From positions 158,418 to 222,417 of the forward strand of contig CAKVMI010000003.1 of assembly GCA_934772525.1 (NCBI GenBank): 64,000 nucleotides of DNA, in the 5' to 3' direction. The notes below the pieces were generated by a model that saw nothing but the letters and a program-made list of their open reading frames with translations, did no database searches and was not told the origin of the DNA. The position numbers and the translations under genes were made by a program. Below are positions 38,432 through 48,751 of this stretch, one piece after another. The stretch is from an uncultured Clostridia bacterium. GTDB taxonomy: Bacteria; Bacillota; Clostridia; Christensenellales; UBA1242. Positions within the stretch are counted from its first letter, which is position 1. Each line of letters opens with the position of its first letter.

Positions 38432-38929
38432 ATGAAAAACAAAAACATTAAAAAAAGAGTTCAAATAAATTTAATAATTGCCATACTTCTAGCAGTCGGT
38501 TTTGTTGGTGGTATCCCACTTATAATTATCTCAGCAACAAAGGGGTTTACCTTTGGCTTGATTGTAGGTATTATACTAGTCGTTGCAGGTTTTTACGGGA
38601 CACCTATGCAGTTTATTCATTTTGCAAACCTAAAAGCAACTGCAAGAGTTATAGATTGCGTTTTAATTGAAAATATTTACGCCGTATCTGAAATTGCAGA
38701 ACACTTGCAAGATAACGAGAAAAATATTGCCGAAAAAATTACCTACGCCGTAAACCACGAATATTTATTAGGTTATAAATTTGATGGCACCACTCTTAGC
38801 GCTAATAACAATAAAAAAGTAACTCGCTCAGCAAGTCAATCTAATAAGTGTCCAAACTGTGGTGGAGCACTTGAACGTGACGAATACGGCTCACATTGTC
38901 CATATTGTAACGCAACATTTTTAGATTAA
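38432..38929 (+). CDS. two-TM membrane protein with a C-terminal zinc ribbon
   Basis: 165 aa with CPNCGG...CPYC at the C-terminus. It has its own terminator at about 38985-39012. Confidence 0.55.
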   Translation: MKNKNIKKRVQINLIIAILLAVGFVGGIPLIIISATKGFTFGLIVGIILVVAGFYGTPMQFIHFANLKATARVIDCVLIENIYAVSEIAEHLQDNEKNIAEKITYAVNHEYLLGYKFDGTTLSANNNKKVTRSASQSNKCPNCGGALERDEYGSHCPYCNATFLD

Positions 38930-39158
38930 AAAATTTCGCTCGTGATAATGAAGTGAACCTTCTAAAATTTTCAAACTTTGGTGTACACCCACAATTTGTG
39001 GGCGGTTTTTTGTTGTTAAAAATTTATTTTTTTGTTTAGTAAAGGCTTTTAAAACTCTTAAAAAAAAACCTTGCCTTCACCCCTAAAAAGCCATAAGACT
39101 TGACAAATTTCACATTTTGTGATAAATTATATGCAATTAAAAGTTAAGGGCTTTTAAA

Positions 39159-39167
39159 GGGGGGGGG
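39159..39167 (+). repeat. G9 homopolymer at the ribosome-binding site of the 39176 gene
   Basis: Counted directly as AAAGGGGGGGGGAACTATTTATG. It is the only long G run in the window. Confidence 0.9.
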
Positions 39168-39175
39168 AACTATTT

Positions 39176-39772
39176 ATGTCAAACAATCAAACACTTGACT
39201 ATTCATCGCTAGTCAGTACTTTAACTGACGTTATTTGTGATGATTCATTTTCGTTGGAAGAAAAATCTAATTGGACAATTAAATTTTTAGCCGAACAACT
39301 AGGATTGACCGGTTCAAAAACTTGCATCGCTGACATCTTCGATGCATTTAGAAAAAAGACTATAGAATACGCTAAAGACCGTAAAGTTACCGCAACCGAT
39401 TGCGTAAAAACCATTAATAATTTGCGAAGATGTTCTAGAGTATTTTTATGTAGGGATGAGTCTTTAAGTTATAAAGCACATAAACAATGTACAATTTTAA
39501 ACTCTAGATTCTCGGAATTTGCACACACAATACAACAAAATGCCCGCGAAAAATTTCTATCCATAAAATCAAGACAAGAACCACTTCGCTCAGCTATGTC
39601 GGATATTCCCGAATTAAATAACGCACAAAAAATCAAAGGAAAACTACGCCACCCAGGAAGAGTTACATTATATAAACATGATGGCGAAAATTTAAAAACT
39701 CGTTTAAATTCCTCAAAAAGGCGAAAACTAATGGATGCCTGTGAATTTTTAGATGAAGACGAAAATTTTTAA
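39176..39772 (+). CDS. hypothetical 198-aa protein
   Basis: Intact ORF. No motif was recognised. Confidence 0.5.
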   Translation: MSNNQTLDYSSLVSTLTDVICDDSFSLEEKSNWTIKFLAEQLGLTGSKTCIADIFDAFRKKTIEYAKDRKVTATDCVKTINNLRRCSRVFLCRDESLSYKAHKQCTILNSRFSEFAHTIQQNAREKFLSIKSRQEPLRSAMSDIPELNNAQKIKGKLRHPGRVTLYKHDGENLKTRLNSSKRRKLMDACEFLDEDENF

Positions 39773-39830
39773 TAGCGTTAAGCGTTAAATAAATAAAATT
39801 AATAACTGAGTTTTCAGTTTAGGAGAAATT

Positions 39831-40697
39831 ATGAATAATAATGAATCAACATTTATTGGCTACGACGAATTTGCTAAGAAGTTTACAAAACTTAAGAAAG
39901 ATGTTCGCCAAAGATTAATTGAAAGAGAAGACCTAAAGGAAAAATCTATTAACAGTCCACGTTCAATTTTAACAGAACAAATAAAGACATCTATTGAAGA
40001 CGCTGCAGAATCCGAATCAATAAGAAGAGTTATTACCGAAACAATCGCTACATACCTAAAAGATATTGATGCTCCTTACCGCATTAAAATACAAGCACTA
40101 ATAGAACCCGATGTTTATAAAGAAATTATGGAACATCTAAACAGATTAGAAAAGACTAATAAAAAGTCACTCGCTTCTGCAAAGGAAGCCTTGATAAATA
40201 AGTATATGACATCATCCGTTCTTTCTACAATGGTAAGTAGAAGTTTCCAAAATTGTTTTACCGAAAAGTGTACAAAATGTGGAACCGACGCTTATTACCG
40301 TTATACAACAAATTATAGAGCAGGTGCATTGATTGAGGGAATAGGAGTCGCTCTTATCAGCACTTCTTCAAAAGAACTTAGTTCAGAAAATGGGGGATAT
40401 TTTTATATCCAAGATGCCATAGCCTACACCAGTTTATTACAGAAAAAACAAGAAAAACATTTGCGTAGAATTGTTGGTGACAGTAAACTTCCTTCAATTA
40501 TTAGAAAAGCCAAACAACGCCAAATCGGGAATAGGGGTTTCTACACAATAAACCGAAATTCGTATTTAACAATGGGAGATTCTTCGGCTATGTGCAAATT
40601 TGCAAACTTTAAAGAGTTTTTCAGTACAGTTTGCGCCGCTCCTTCAACGGTTTCAATCTTAACCGCTATGCAAAGTGAATCTGAATCCGAACAATAG
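39831..40697 (+). CDS. hypothetical 288-aa protein
   Basis: AGGAGA RBS. It probably forms an operon with 39176. There is a single CTKCG pair. No family was recognised. Confidence 0.5.
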   Translation: MNNNESTFIGYDEFAKKFTKLKKDVRQRLIEREDLKEKSINSPRSILTEQIKTSIEDAAESESIRRVITETIATYLKDIDAPYRIKIQALIEPDVYKEIMEHLNRLEKTNKKSLASAKEALINKYMTSSVLSTMVSRSFQNCFTEKCTKCGTDAYYRYTTNYRAGALIEGIGVALISTSSKELSSENGGYFYIQDAIAYTSLLQKKQEKHLRRIVGDSKLPSIIRKAKQRQIGNRGFYTINRNSYLTMGDSSAMCKFANFKEFFSTVCAAPSTVSILTAMQSESESEQ

Positions 40698-40880
40698 TTT
40701 TATTAATTGTAAAATCAATAATAAAATTATCATCAGTTTTGAGTAACATTCACTTGTTTCGTCCCCCCAGACATTTTCAAGTGAATTTCCAAAACATAAC
40801 ATTTGCTCAGTTTACATAATTTTTTACTGGGGAGTAAAAAGACCTGGAATATACAATTTCTAGGTCTTTTTATTTGCTTT

Positions 40881-41519
40881 TTATACTACGCTTGAGGTTT
40901 CATCTTGATTTTCGGCAAGGCTAATACTACTAATACTTATTTCATAAGCGGTCTTAATCTCGTCCGTTCCGTCTTCGTGCTTTTTGGTATAGTTTCGGCT
41001 TTGAATTCTGCCTAGTAGCGTTACCTTTTCGCCAACTTGCAAACTATTTACAAACCTTGCATTTCTGCCCCAAGCAATACATGGAATATAGTCGCTTTTA
41101 TTATACGCACGATTTACCGCTATTAAGCAATCGCATATTTCTCTACCAAATGGGGTGGTTCTATAAATTGGTTGCTTACATAAAAATCCTGTTAAACTAA
41201 TAGTATTGGAGTTTTCTTGGTCTATATCTCCCGTTAATTCCTTTGCAAAAAGGGTTAATACCAATTTACTTTTGCCATCTACAAGTTTATTATAACTTCT
41301 AAATTCGCCGTCTATAGTTACACTATCTCCAACTTTTACATTATTTAAAAGTCTTTCGGAAACCGTAACTGGTATTGTGTCACTTTCGGCGGATAGTCTT
41401 GGAACTTCAAGTTTCATATCATAAAAACCTTCGCCCAAAATTAAATGGCTAAACTTTGGTTCTTCTGATACCTTTCCAGAGCACCTGGCTAAATTGTTTT
41501 TTTCGTAATTTGTGTTCAT
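40881..41519 (-). CDS. tandem OB-fold single-stranded-DNA-binding-like protein
   Basis: Two repeats fit the SSB-like pattern: N-x-(A/I)-x-(C/L)-x-G, an internal R-x-S or R-x-Y with D(T/Y)IP, VGD/VGE-x-VT, and a closing G-(E/R)-(F/I)-(R/Q)-S-(Y/R)-N. There is no acidic SSB tail consensus. Confidence 0.45.
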   Translation of the reverse strand: MNTNYEKNNLARCSGKVSEEPKFSHLILGEGFYDMKLEVPRLSAESDTIPVTVSERLLNNVKVGDSVTIDGEFRSYNKLVDGKSKLVLTLFAKELTGDIDQENSNTISLTGFLCKQPIYRTTPFGREICDCLIAVNRAYNKSDYIPCIAWGRNARFVNSLQVGEKVTLLGRIQSRNYTKKHEDGTDEIKTAYEISISSISLAENQDETSSVV

Positions 41520-41546
41520 AAAAATTCTCCTTTAAATGTGTTTTTA

Positions 41547-42314
41547 TTATTTATTTTTTACTTGTATGCCGTCATTTCGAATGGTATAGTTTTCGTGATA
41601 AATTAGGTCGGATACGTGAACTAAGGTGTAACCTTGTTCGGTTAATGTGTCTATAATTACTGGCAACGCTTCTACTATATGGTCACTATTATTATGAAAC
41701 AATATAATGCTTCCATTTTCTACGTTTGGAGTAATTCTTGCCATCATTTGTGAAGTATCTAAGCCCTTCCAGTCTAGCGAATCTACACTCCATTGAATTG
41801 GTTTTATGTTCATATTTTCGGCTACCGTTACAAGAGTATCGTTATAGTCGCCATAGGGTGGTCTAAATAGAGTTACATCTTTTCCCGTAATGTTTTTAAT
41901 TTTATCCACACTTGTTTGAAGTTCGGCTTGCATCTGACTTGCAGATAATTTTGACATATATGGATGAGTGTTAGAATGAGTTCCAATCTCTATTCCGCTA
42001 GAATCTAAGGTCTTTACAAGGTCGGGGTATTTATCTACCCAAAAACCTACTAAAAAGAATGTTGCTGTTACATTTTTCTCCTTTAATATATTAATTATTT
42101 TTACGGTTTCATCACTGCCATACGCTGCATCAAAAGTGATGGCAATTTCCTTTTTGTCCGTTTCTACCCCGTAAATTGGTAGTTTTCTTTCGGCGTAACC
42201 CATATATACACTTGCACTAGTAGACTTATATACCGCCATACTCATTACAACAAGTGCAACCATTACGCAAGCCAGAATTTTAAAAGGTCTAGAATTAATG
42301 CAAAAAAATTTCAT
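41547..42314 (-). CDS. polysaccharide deacetylase (NodB homology domain)
   Basis: TFDAAYGSD, ATFFLVG and GTHSNTHP motifs with an N-terminal signal anchor. The second ATG is preferred because of its GGAG spacing. Confidence 0.8.
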   Translation of the reverse strand: MKFFCINSRPFKILACVMVALVVMSMAVYKSTSASVYMGYAERKLPIYGVETDKKEIAITFDAAYGSDETVKIINILKEKNVTATFFLVGFWVDKYPDLVKTLDSSGIEIGTHSNTHPYMSKLSASQMQAELQTSVDKIKNITGKDVTLFRPPYGDYNDTLVTVAENMNIKPIQWSVDSLDWKGLDTSQMMARITPNVENGSIILFHNNSDHIVEALPVIIDTLTEQGYTLVHVSDLIYHENYTIRNDGIQVKNK

Positions 42315-42495
42315 ATACATCTCCTAATTATAATGATTTATTTTGTTTTACCTTCATAGAAAAACAAAGAATTTTGCCGAAGTTTGTAAACCCACAAGCA
42401 TTCTTTATTAGTAAATGTTATGTTGCATTCAAAAAAATATGCATATCAAAAATGGAAGAAGGTAATTTCTTCCATTTTTATTTGACTTTATTTAT

Positions 42496-42876
42496 TTACA
42501 TTTCTCTTTCTATTTCTGTATCCGTGTCTTCGCTAGTTTTTACCGATATTACTTTTAAAAGTTTCTTTTCGTCGTTGGTTTTTACCGCTTCGTCGTAAGT
42601 TTTTAATAGTTCATCATCCGACGCACAAAATCTTAGCGGAACTTTTGGGGTTAAACCATCTATATATTCATCTTGTAATTTTTTTACCGACATTTTGTTC
42701 ATATTATAATCTACAAAAAAGTATATAATACTAAAGACGTTAATAACACCCGCCAATATAATTACGGGATAAATATCCGATAATTTTAAGTCGGTCAACT
42801 CTATAATTGTGATTGAAAACAAAAGTACAATAGCCGACACAAAAAACATAATGAAAAGAGATTTTGTTTTCCCCAT
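42496..42876 (-). CDS. small membrane protein
   Basis: The ATG at 42876 (MGKTKSLF) follows AGGAGAG; two TMs. Confidence 0.45.
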   Translation of the reverse strand: MGKTKSLFIMFFVSAIVLLFSITIIELTDLKLSDIYPVIILAGVINVFSIIYFFVDYNMNKMSVKKLQDEYIDGLTPKVPLRFCASDDELLKTYDEAVKTNDEKKLLKVISVKTSEDTDTEIEREM

Positions 42877-43180
42877 ACGCTCTCCTATACTAACTATACT
42901 TAAAGTATACTTTAATCTCAAAACTTTGTCAATTACTACAATTAACTGGAAATATTTAATTTTCTATAATTTTCTCGAATTTTATCTAGTCTTTTTAATT
43001 AATCTTTGTTTATTATCTTTTAAAAGCAAAAATTTGCATTATAAATCATTAATCTAGGCTTTCACATCCTGCTTTGATAATTTTAGTCATTTTCGGTTAA
43101 AATTCGACCTTGCAATAATTCCAAATTAAACTTTATTTGTGTTAAAATGGGCATAATTTCAATTTAAAAAGGAGTATATT

Positions 43181-43540
43181 ATGCAAAGCACCAATAAAAC
43201 CGAAATAGAAACCAAGGATGATATTTTATCTAAGTTTATTAAAAAAGCCAAGAAAAAACTTTCGGGCGGGGAAGAAGAAAAGGATAATCTAAAAAATACA
43301 ACAAACCCAACTCCCGCTACCAATTATAAATTTATAAAATCAAACCGCAAAGTGGCGTATGAGAATTTAAAAAGCAAGGTAAAAACCTTACTTTCTAAAA
43401 ATCCTAATTGTATCGACCCTATTACAAAACTTATCGTTCATTCAGAGTACGACAATTTGCCCGAGAGTGCTAAGGAGCGTTATATTTTAAATCTTTCAAA
43501 AATGTATAATGAAATTTTATCCGAACTTGATGTAGGTTAA
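43181..43540 (+). CDS. hypothetical K-rich 119-aa protein
   Basis: AAGGAG RBS. No motif was recognised. Confidence 0.45.
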   Translation: MQSTNKTEIETKDDILSKFIKKAKKKLSGGEEEKDNLKNTTNPTPATNYKFIKSNRKVAYENLKSKVKTLLSKNPNCIDPITKLIVHSEYDNLPESAKERYILNLSKMYNEILSELDVG

Positions 43541-44757
43541 AATTCCTTAAACTTCTTTTTAATAAATACCCTAAATATTTTAGGTTTTCTTCGTTGTTCG
43601 TTGTAATAATATTTGCAAGTTTTTCTTTCTTCGATATTTTCTTCGGTTATCATTTTTTTTAGAATGCCTAGTAACACATTAGATAATTCCTTTCTAGAAT
43701 CTCTTTCTAATTTTACTGTTGGGTTTAAAAGTTTATATCTTGCATCGTCTATTTTTATGTACGGAGCATCGTCATATACTTTTTTATTTATACTATACAT
43801 ATATTCACAATGCTTAATCATTTCACGCAAATCACTAGGAGTCAACTTTCGCATACACACATCGGTTATTTTGTTAATTAGTTTTGGGTACAAATCGGGG
43901 TCTTCTGGATGACTTATACCTACCTTTACTTGTGTGATAAATATAGTGTCATACGTTCTTAGATGCTTTCTTAGCCACACCCCTAAACAAATCAATTCTT
44001 CGCGAGATAAAAAAGTTTTTGGTTGCTCAAATACAATTCGTCCATAAACATCCAAATTTAGACCCTTTTGGTCATAGAGCGCTTTCGCTTGGTCGTAATC
44101 TTCTTGAGTTGGCTTTTTATATGGATAAATACTTCTAAATAGTGTGTTTGGGTCAAACTCGGTATTTAACATAGTATTTGGTCTAGACCCATCCATTTGT
44201 TGGTAATCTTCTAAAACTGGCGAAACGGGACAATTTGTGCTAGCACTACCTTTGGTAGCCATATTAAGTTCATCAATATTTTTGGATGAAATTACCGTTC
44301 CGGGTTTTAAACAATTATTGTGCTGAAATGTACTCGCTTGCTCTTTTTTTTGCTCACTGCATTCATTTTTATTATCACTAAATAGATTATTTTTAGTGTC
44401 ACCATTTTCCTTTCTACTATGCAATTCTTTAATTACTGCAAATCGATCTTCTTCTTTTAATTGCTCAATTTTATCTATGCCGTTACCAAAACTAATTGGC
44501 TCCATAAATCTGCTTTGACGGTAAATATTCGGATTTTTTGCTGGAACGGAATTATAAAGGACTCCGTCATCCCCAACAAAAATATCCCCTTCTTTTGGAC
44601 GCCCTGGGCGTCTTTTTACTACTTCGCCATTTTTTAGAACATACTTTGGCTTTGGGCCACGTTTTGGAATATGCTTTTTAATTTCCGACCTATCTTCTTG
44701 CATAAACTCCAAAATTTTTCCACGCTTTAATAATTTTGATTTTTGATGATTCGTCAT
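43537..44757 (-). CDS. hypothetical 406-aa protein with N-terminal AT-hook-like motifs
   Basis: PKRGPKPK (aa 31-38) and KRRPGRPKE (aa 48-56). The rest is unrecognised. Confidence 0.55.
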   Translation of the reverse strand: MTNHQKSKLLKRGKILEFMQEDRSEIKKHIPKRGPKPKYVLKNGEVVKRRPGRPKEGDIFVGDDGVLYNSVPAKNPNIYRQSRFMEPISFGNGIDKIEQLKEEDRFAVIKELHSRKENGDTKNNLFSDNKNECSEQKKEQASTFQHNNCLKPGTVISSKNIDELNMATKGSASTNCPVSPVLEDYQQMDGSRPNTMLNTEFDPNTLFRSIYPYKKPTQEDYDQAKALYDQKGLNLDVYGRIVFEQPKTFLSREELICLGVWLRKHLRTYDTIFITQVKVGISHPEDPDLYPKLINKITDVCMRKLTPSDLREMIKHCEYMYSINKKVYDDAPYIKIDDARYKLLNPTVKLERDSRKELSNVLLGILKKMITEENIEERKTCKYYYNEQRRKPKIFRVFIKKKFKEF

Positions 44758-44766
44758 ACTAAACTC

Positions 44767-46620
44767 CTATTTTAGGTTAAATAAAAGTACACTAATATCC
44801 GCAGGGCTTACGCCACTTATTCTAGACGCTTGCCCAATTGTTAATGGTTTAACTTCATTTAATTTTTGTTGTGCTTCAATTCTTAGCCCCAAAATAGTAG
44901 AATAATCTAGGTCTTTACTTAGTGGACGATTTTCTAGTTTGCGGTTTTTCTCTACTACTTGTAATTGCTTTTCAATGTAACCACTATATTTAACTTCAAT
45001 ATTTATTTCATCTATTACATCTATAGTAAAATCATTAAAAATACCAAATCTTTCATTTAATAATCTTGCACTTAGGTTTGTTCTTTTTATTAATGTTTCT
45101 ACACTAATTCCAGTTACTATGGTTGCTTCATTTCGTTCGGTCAAAAAGTCGTTCATTTCCTTGGTTGGCTTCATAATTCTTTTTAGAACTTCTTTTGCTC
45201 TTTCCATTTCAGCGCATTTATGCTTAAACCTATTGTACCTTTCATCGGTTACAAGCCCAACTTGTCTTCCAATTTCGGTTAAACGCATATCGGCATTATC
45301 TTGACGCAATAATAACCTATATTCCGCTCTACTAGTCATCATTCTGTATGGCTCATTAGTTCCCTTGGTTACAAGGTCATCTATCAGTACCCCTATATAA
45401 CTCGAATCTCTTGATAAAACTATCTCGTCCATATTTCGTACATACAAACTAGCGTTAATTCCAGCAACAATTCCTTGTGCGCCCGCTTCTTCGTATCCAC
45501 TGGTTCCATTTATTTGCCCCGCTGTATAAATGCCTTTTACCTTTTTAAATCCAAGCGTTGGAAATAGGTCGGTGCAATCAATAGCATCGTACTCTATTGC
45601 ATAACCAAACTTTAAAATTTTAGTTTTTTCAAGCCCTAAAATGCTTGCAACCATTTGCTCTTGAATATCTTTTGGCATAGATGTACTCATACCTTGCAAA
45701 TAGATACTATCGTTTCGAATGGTTTCGGGTTCCAAAAATATTTGATGACGCTCTTTGTCCTTAAATCTTACAATTTTAGTTTCAATACTTGGACAATACC
45801 TTGGGCCAATTCCCACAATAGTTCCACTGTACATTGGAGCTTTATCTAGGTTATCCAAAATGATTTTATGAGTGTTTAAATTAGTGTATCCAAGATAGCA
45901 ACTCAAAATATTTTTTGGCTTAAAGTCGGACATATATGAAAAGGTTTGAATATTATCTTCGCCCTTTTGCTCAATAAACTTCGAGTAATCTATAGTGTCG
46001 TGGTCTAAGCGGGGTGGTGTACCCGTTTTAAACCTAACTACCTTAAAACCTAGGTCTATTAAACTTTTAGTTAAATTTTTACTATTACTAAAGCCCGCGG
46101 GGCCAGAGTCTTTTATAATCTCACCCGTAATTGTTCTACTGTTTAAATATACGCCTGTACATATTACAACTGCTTTAGTTTTAAACTCTCTACCATCCGC
46201 CGTTTTAACGCCCGTTACCTTTTCGCCATCGCTTATTATTTCACTTGCTTCACCTTCGGTAATATCTAGGTTTGGTTGGTTTTTTAGCACATCTAACATA
46301 ATACTATGATAAAGGTCTTTATCTACTTGTGCACGCAAACTATGAACGGCTGGACCCTTGCTTTCATTAAGTAATCTTAGTTGCAAGGTTGCAAGGTCTG
46401 CAGATACACCCATTTGCCCGCCAAGAGCATCTATTTCGCTTACAAGTTGACCCTTTGCCGTACCACCAATACTTGGATTACAAGCCAAAAAACTTACGCC
46501 GTTAAAATCTAGCGTAATTAATAGTGTTTTTACACCCGTTCTACTAAGTGCAAGCGTTGCTTCAACGCCCGCATGTCCACCACCTATTACAATGGCTTCA
46601 TAAACATTTTTTTCTTCCAT
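44767..46620 (-). CDS. mnmG: tRNA uridine 5-carboxymethylaminomethyl modification enzyme MnmG (GidA)
   Basis: FAD motif VIGGGHAGVEA; 617 aa collinear with GidA. Confidence 0.95.
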   Translation of the reverse strand: MEEKNVYEAIVIGGGHAGVEATLALSRTGVKTLLITLDFNGVSFLACNPSIGGTAKGQLVSEIDALGGQMGVSADLATLQLRLLNESKGPAVHSLRAQVDKDLYHSIMLDVLKNQPNLDITEGEASEIISDGEKVTGVKTADGREFKTKAVVICTGVYLNSRTITGEIIKDSGPAGFSNSKNLTKSLIDLGFKVVRFKTGTPPRLDHDTIDYSKFIEQKGEDNIQTFSYMSDFKPKNILSCYLGYTNLNTHKIILDNLDKAPMYSGTIVGIGPRYCPSIETKIVRFKDKERHQIFLEPETIRNDSIYLQGMSTSMPKDIQEQMVASILGLEKTKILKFGYAIEYDAIDCTDLFPTLGFKKVKGIYTAGQINGTSGYEEAGAQGIVAGINASLYVRNMDEIVLSRDSSYIGVLIDDLVTKGTNEPYRMMTSRAEYRLLLRQDNADMRLTEIGRQVGLVTDERYNRFKHKCAEMERAKEVLKRIMKPTKEMNDFLTERNEATIVTGISVETLIKRTNLSARLLNERFGIFNDFTIDVIDEINIEVKYSGYIEKQLQVVEKNRKLENRPLSKDLDYSTILGLRIEAQQKLNEVKPLTIGQASRISGVSPADISVLLFNLK

Positions 46621-46629
46621 TTTTATTCC

Positions 46630-47982
46630 TTATTTACCCAAACAGAACTTACTAAATACACTATCTAGTATGGTTTCATTTGAAGTATTTCCCGTAATTT
46701 CTCCAAGTTTTACATAAGCTTCATTTAAGTCTACTGAGACGGCATCAAGGGTCGTTCTATTTAACCCATCTAACGCCAAAATTAAACTTTGCTTTGCCTT
46801 TTGAAGTGCATCAAAGTGACGGGTTGACGTAATTATCAAGCCATCTCCTTGTACACGTCCCTTTATAACAAGTTCGTATATAGACTGCTTAATTTTATCT
46901 ATGCCTTCGCCCGTCACGCAAGAAGTGTAAATGCCATCTTTTTTACGAACACCAGTATATTTATCCACCTTATTATAAATGGTTAAATATTTTTTTCCGC
47001 TTAGCATACTTAATATTTTTGCGTCTTCTGAATCTAAACACTTAGAACTATCCACAATAAATAGTACAATGTCTGCTTTATTTATCAAATCTATACTCTT
47101 TTTTACACCCAGAAGTTCTACTACATTATCGGTATTTCTAATTCCCGCAGTATCCAAAATATTAACCTTTATGCCGTTTACTTCAAAGGCGTCTTCAATT
47201 ACATCTCTTGTGGTTCCCGCAATATCGGTTACAATGGCTTTATCCTTATTAAGCAAGGCGTTTAATAGTGAAGATTTACCAACATTAGGTTTACCAATCA
47301 AGCAAGCATTTATTCCGCTTGAAATTAATGCACCGCTTGAATATGTACTAATCAAACTATCAATATCGGCAATTAATTCATTCAGCCCACTTTTTAGTTT
47401 GGTTTCTTCCATATACTCAATGTCTTCTTCAGGGTAATCAAAACTCACTTCAACTTCGCTAATAAGGTCTACAACTTTCTTTTGATATTCGTTAATTTTT
47501 TTTGTAAGTCCGCCATCCGAAATCGTTTTATTTGCCTTAATTTCAGCGTCCGATGTGGCATTTATTAAACCTATCATACCTTCGGCTTCACAAAGTGACA
47601 TCTTTCCATTTAAAAATGCACGTAACGAAAACTCTCCGTTTCGTGCCAACCTTGCGCCCTTTTCAATGCACGCTTCAATTACTCTATTTGTGAGTTTAAC
47701 TCCGCCATGACACTGAAATTCTACCGTAGTTTCGCCCGTAAAACTTTTGTTATCAAACACTACGCAAAGTGCGGTATCCGAAACCTTTTCCGACTTAAAT
47801 TCACCAAGGACCAACTCTCTTTTTCTAAATTCCGACGGCTTTTTTCCGCCCTTACTCAAAAATAGCGAATCGGCAATTTTTACGGCGTCCGTTCCACTAA
47901 TTCTTACAATACCAATGCCACCAGCACCAACAGGGGTAGACAGTGCAACAATGGTATCCTTTAACCCAAAATTATCTAACAT
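46630..47982 (-). CDS. mnmE: tRNA modification GTPase MnmE (TrmE)
   Basis: G domain GKPNVGKSSLLN, DTAGIR and the C-terminal CLGK. Confidence 0.95.
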   Translation of the reverse strand: MLDNFGLKDTIVALSTPVGAGGIGIVRISGTDAVKIADSLFLSKGGKKPSEFRKRELVLGEFKSEKVSDTALCVVFDNKSFTGETTVEFQCHGGVKLTNRVIEACIEKGARLARNGEFSLRAFLNGKMSLCEAEGMIGLINATSDAEIKANKTISDGGLTKKINEYQKKVVDLISEVEVSFDYPEEDIEYMEETKLKSGLNELIADIDSLISTYSSGALISSGINACLIGKPNVGKSSLLNALLNKDKAIVTDIAGTTRDVIEDAFEVNGIKVNILDTAGIRNTDNVVELLGVKKSIDLINKADIVLFIVDSSKCLDSEDAKILSMLSGKKYLTIYNKVDKYTGVRKKDGIYTSCVTGEGIDKIKQSIYELVIKGRVQGDGLIITSTRHFDALQKAKQSLILALDGLNRTTLDAVSVDLNEAYVKLGEITGNTSNETILDSVFSKFCLGK

Positions 47983-48092
47983 AATTTCCCCTAAAAATAT
48001 ATAAATAGTTCACTTTCACCAAACTTTTATGCTATTTTATAATCAAAATGTAAATATGTCAATTATTTATTAATAATTTAATAAAAATAATG

Positions 48093-48121
48093 TTGACAAA
48101 AAAGCGTTTGTAATTTATAAT
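48093..48121 (+). promoter_or_regulatory. consensus sigma-A promoter of the rpmH operon
   Basis: TTGACA (48093-48098), a 17-nt spacer, then TATAAT (48116-48121). Confidence 0.7.
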
Positions 48122-48194
48122 AACCCTTGTTCAAAATACAAGTACAGGCCTTTTTGAGCCTTGCTTCATATAAATAATTAAAGGAGAGAAGTGA

Positions 48195-48329
48195 ATGAAA
48201 AGAACTTACCAACCAAAAAAAGCAACCCGTAATAAAGTTCATGGTTTTCGTGAAAGAATGGCTACTAAGGGTGGCAGAAATGTATTAAAAAGACGCCGTA
48301 ACAAAGGTCGCAAAAGATTAACATACTAA
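48195..48329 (+). CDS. rpmH: 50S ribosomal protein L34
   Basis: 44 aa, [44 protein letters not shown], with an AAGGAGAG RBS. It is below the ORF-track length cutoff. Confidence 0.9.
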   Translation: MKRTYQPKKATRNKVHGFRERMATKGGRNVLKRRRNKGRKRLTY

Positions 48330-48351
48330 TTAACTTTTTAAAGGGGAAAAT

Positions 48352-48693
48352 ATGTTAAGTAAACCTTTAAGAATGAAACGCAACACCCAGTTTAACTATA
48401 CCTTTAAAAATGGCAAATACGAGCAACTTGGTTGTCTTGCAATAGTTACCAACAAAAAAAGGTATCGTGAGCAAAAAATAGGTGTTGTTGTTAACAAAAA
48501 AATAGGTAACAGCGTTACAAGAAATCGTACGAAGAGACTTTTGCGAGAAGCCATTAGGTCAAACCTAGAATTCATAAAAAAAGATATAGACATCTTATTG
48601 GTCGCAAGAATTGGTATAGACAAGTGGGACTATGCAAAAATCAATTCGTGCTTAAAAGAACTATTGAAAAAATCTAATGTGCTAATTGTTTAA
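48352..48693 (+). CDS. rnpA: RNase P protein component
   Basis: 113 aa, basic, with the KKIGNSVTRNRTKRLLRE RNR motif, immediately after rpmH. Confidence 0.85.
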   Translation: MLSKPLRMKRNTQFNYTFKNGKYEQLGCLAIVTNKKRYREQKIGVVVNKKIGNSVTRNRTKRLLREAIRSNLEFIKKDIDILLVARIGIDKWDYAKINSCLKELLKKSNVLIV

Positions 48694-48751
48694 TAATTTT
48701 TAGCGTAGTAGATTTTTTTTGTTATCTAATAAATTTTAAGGGGCAAACTCT

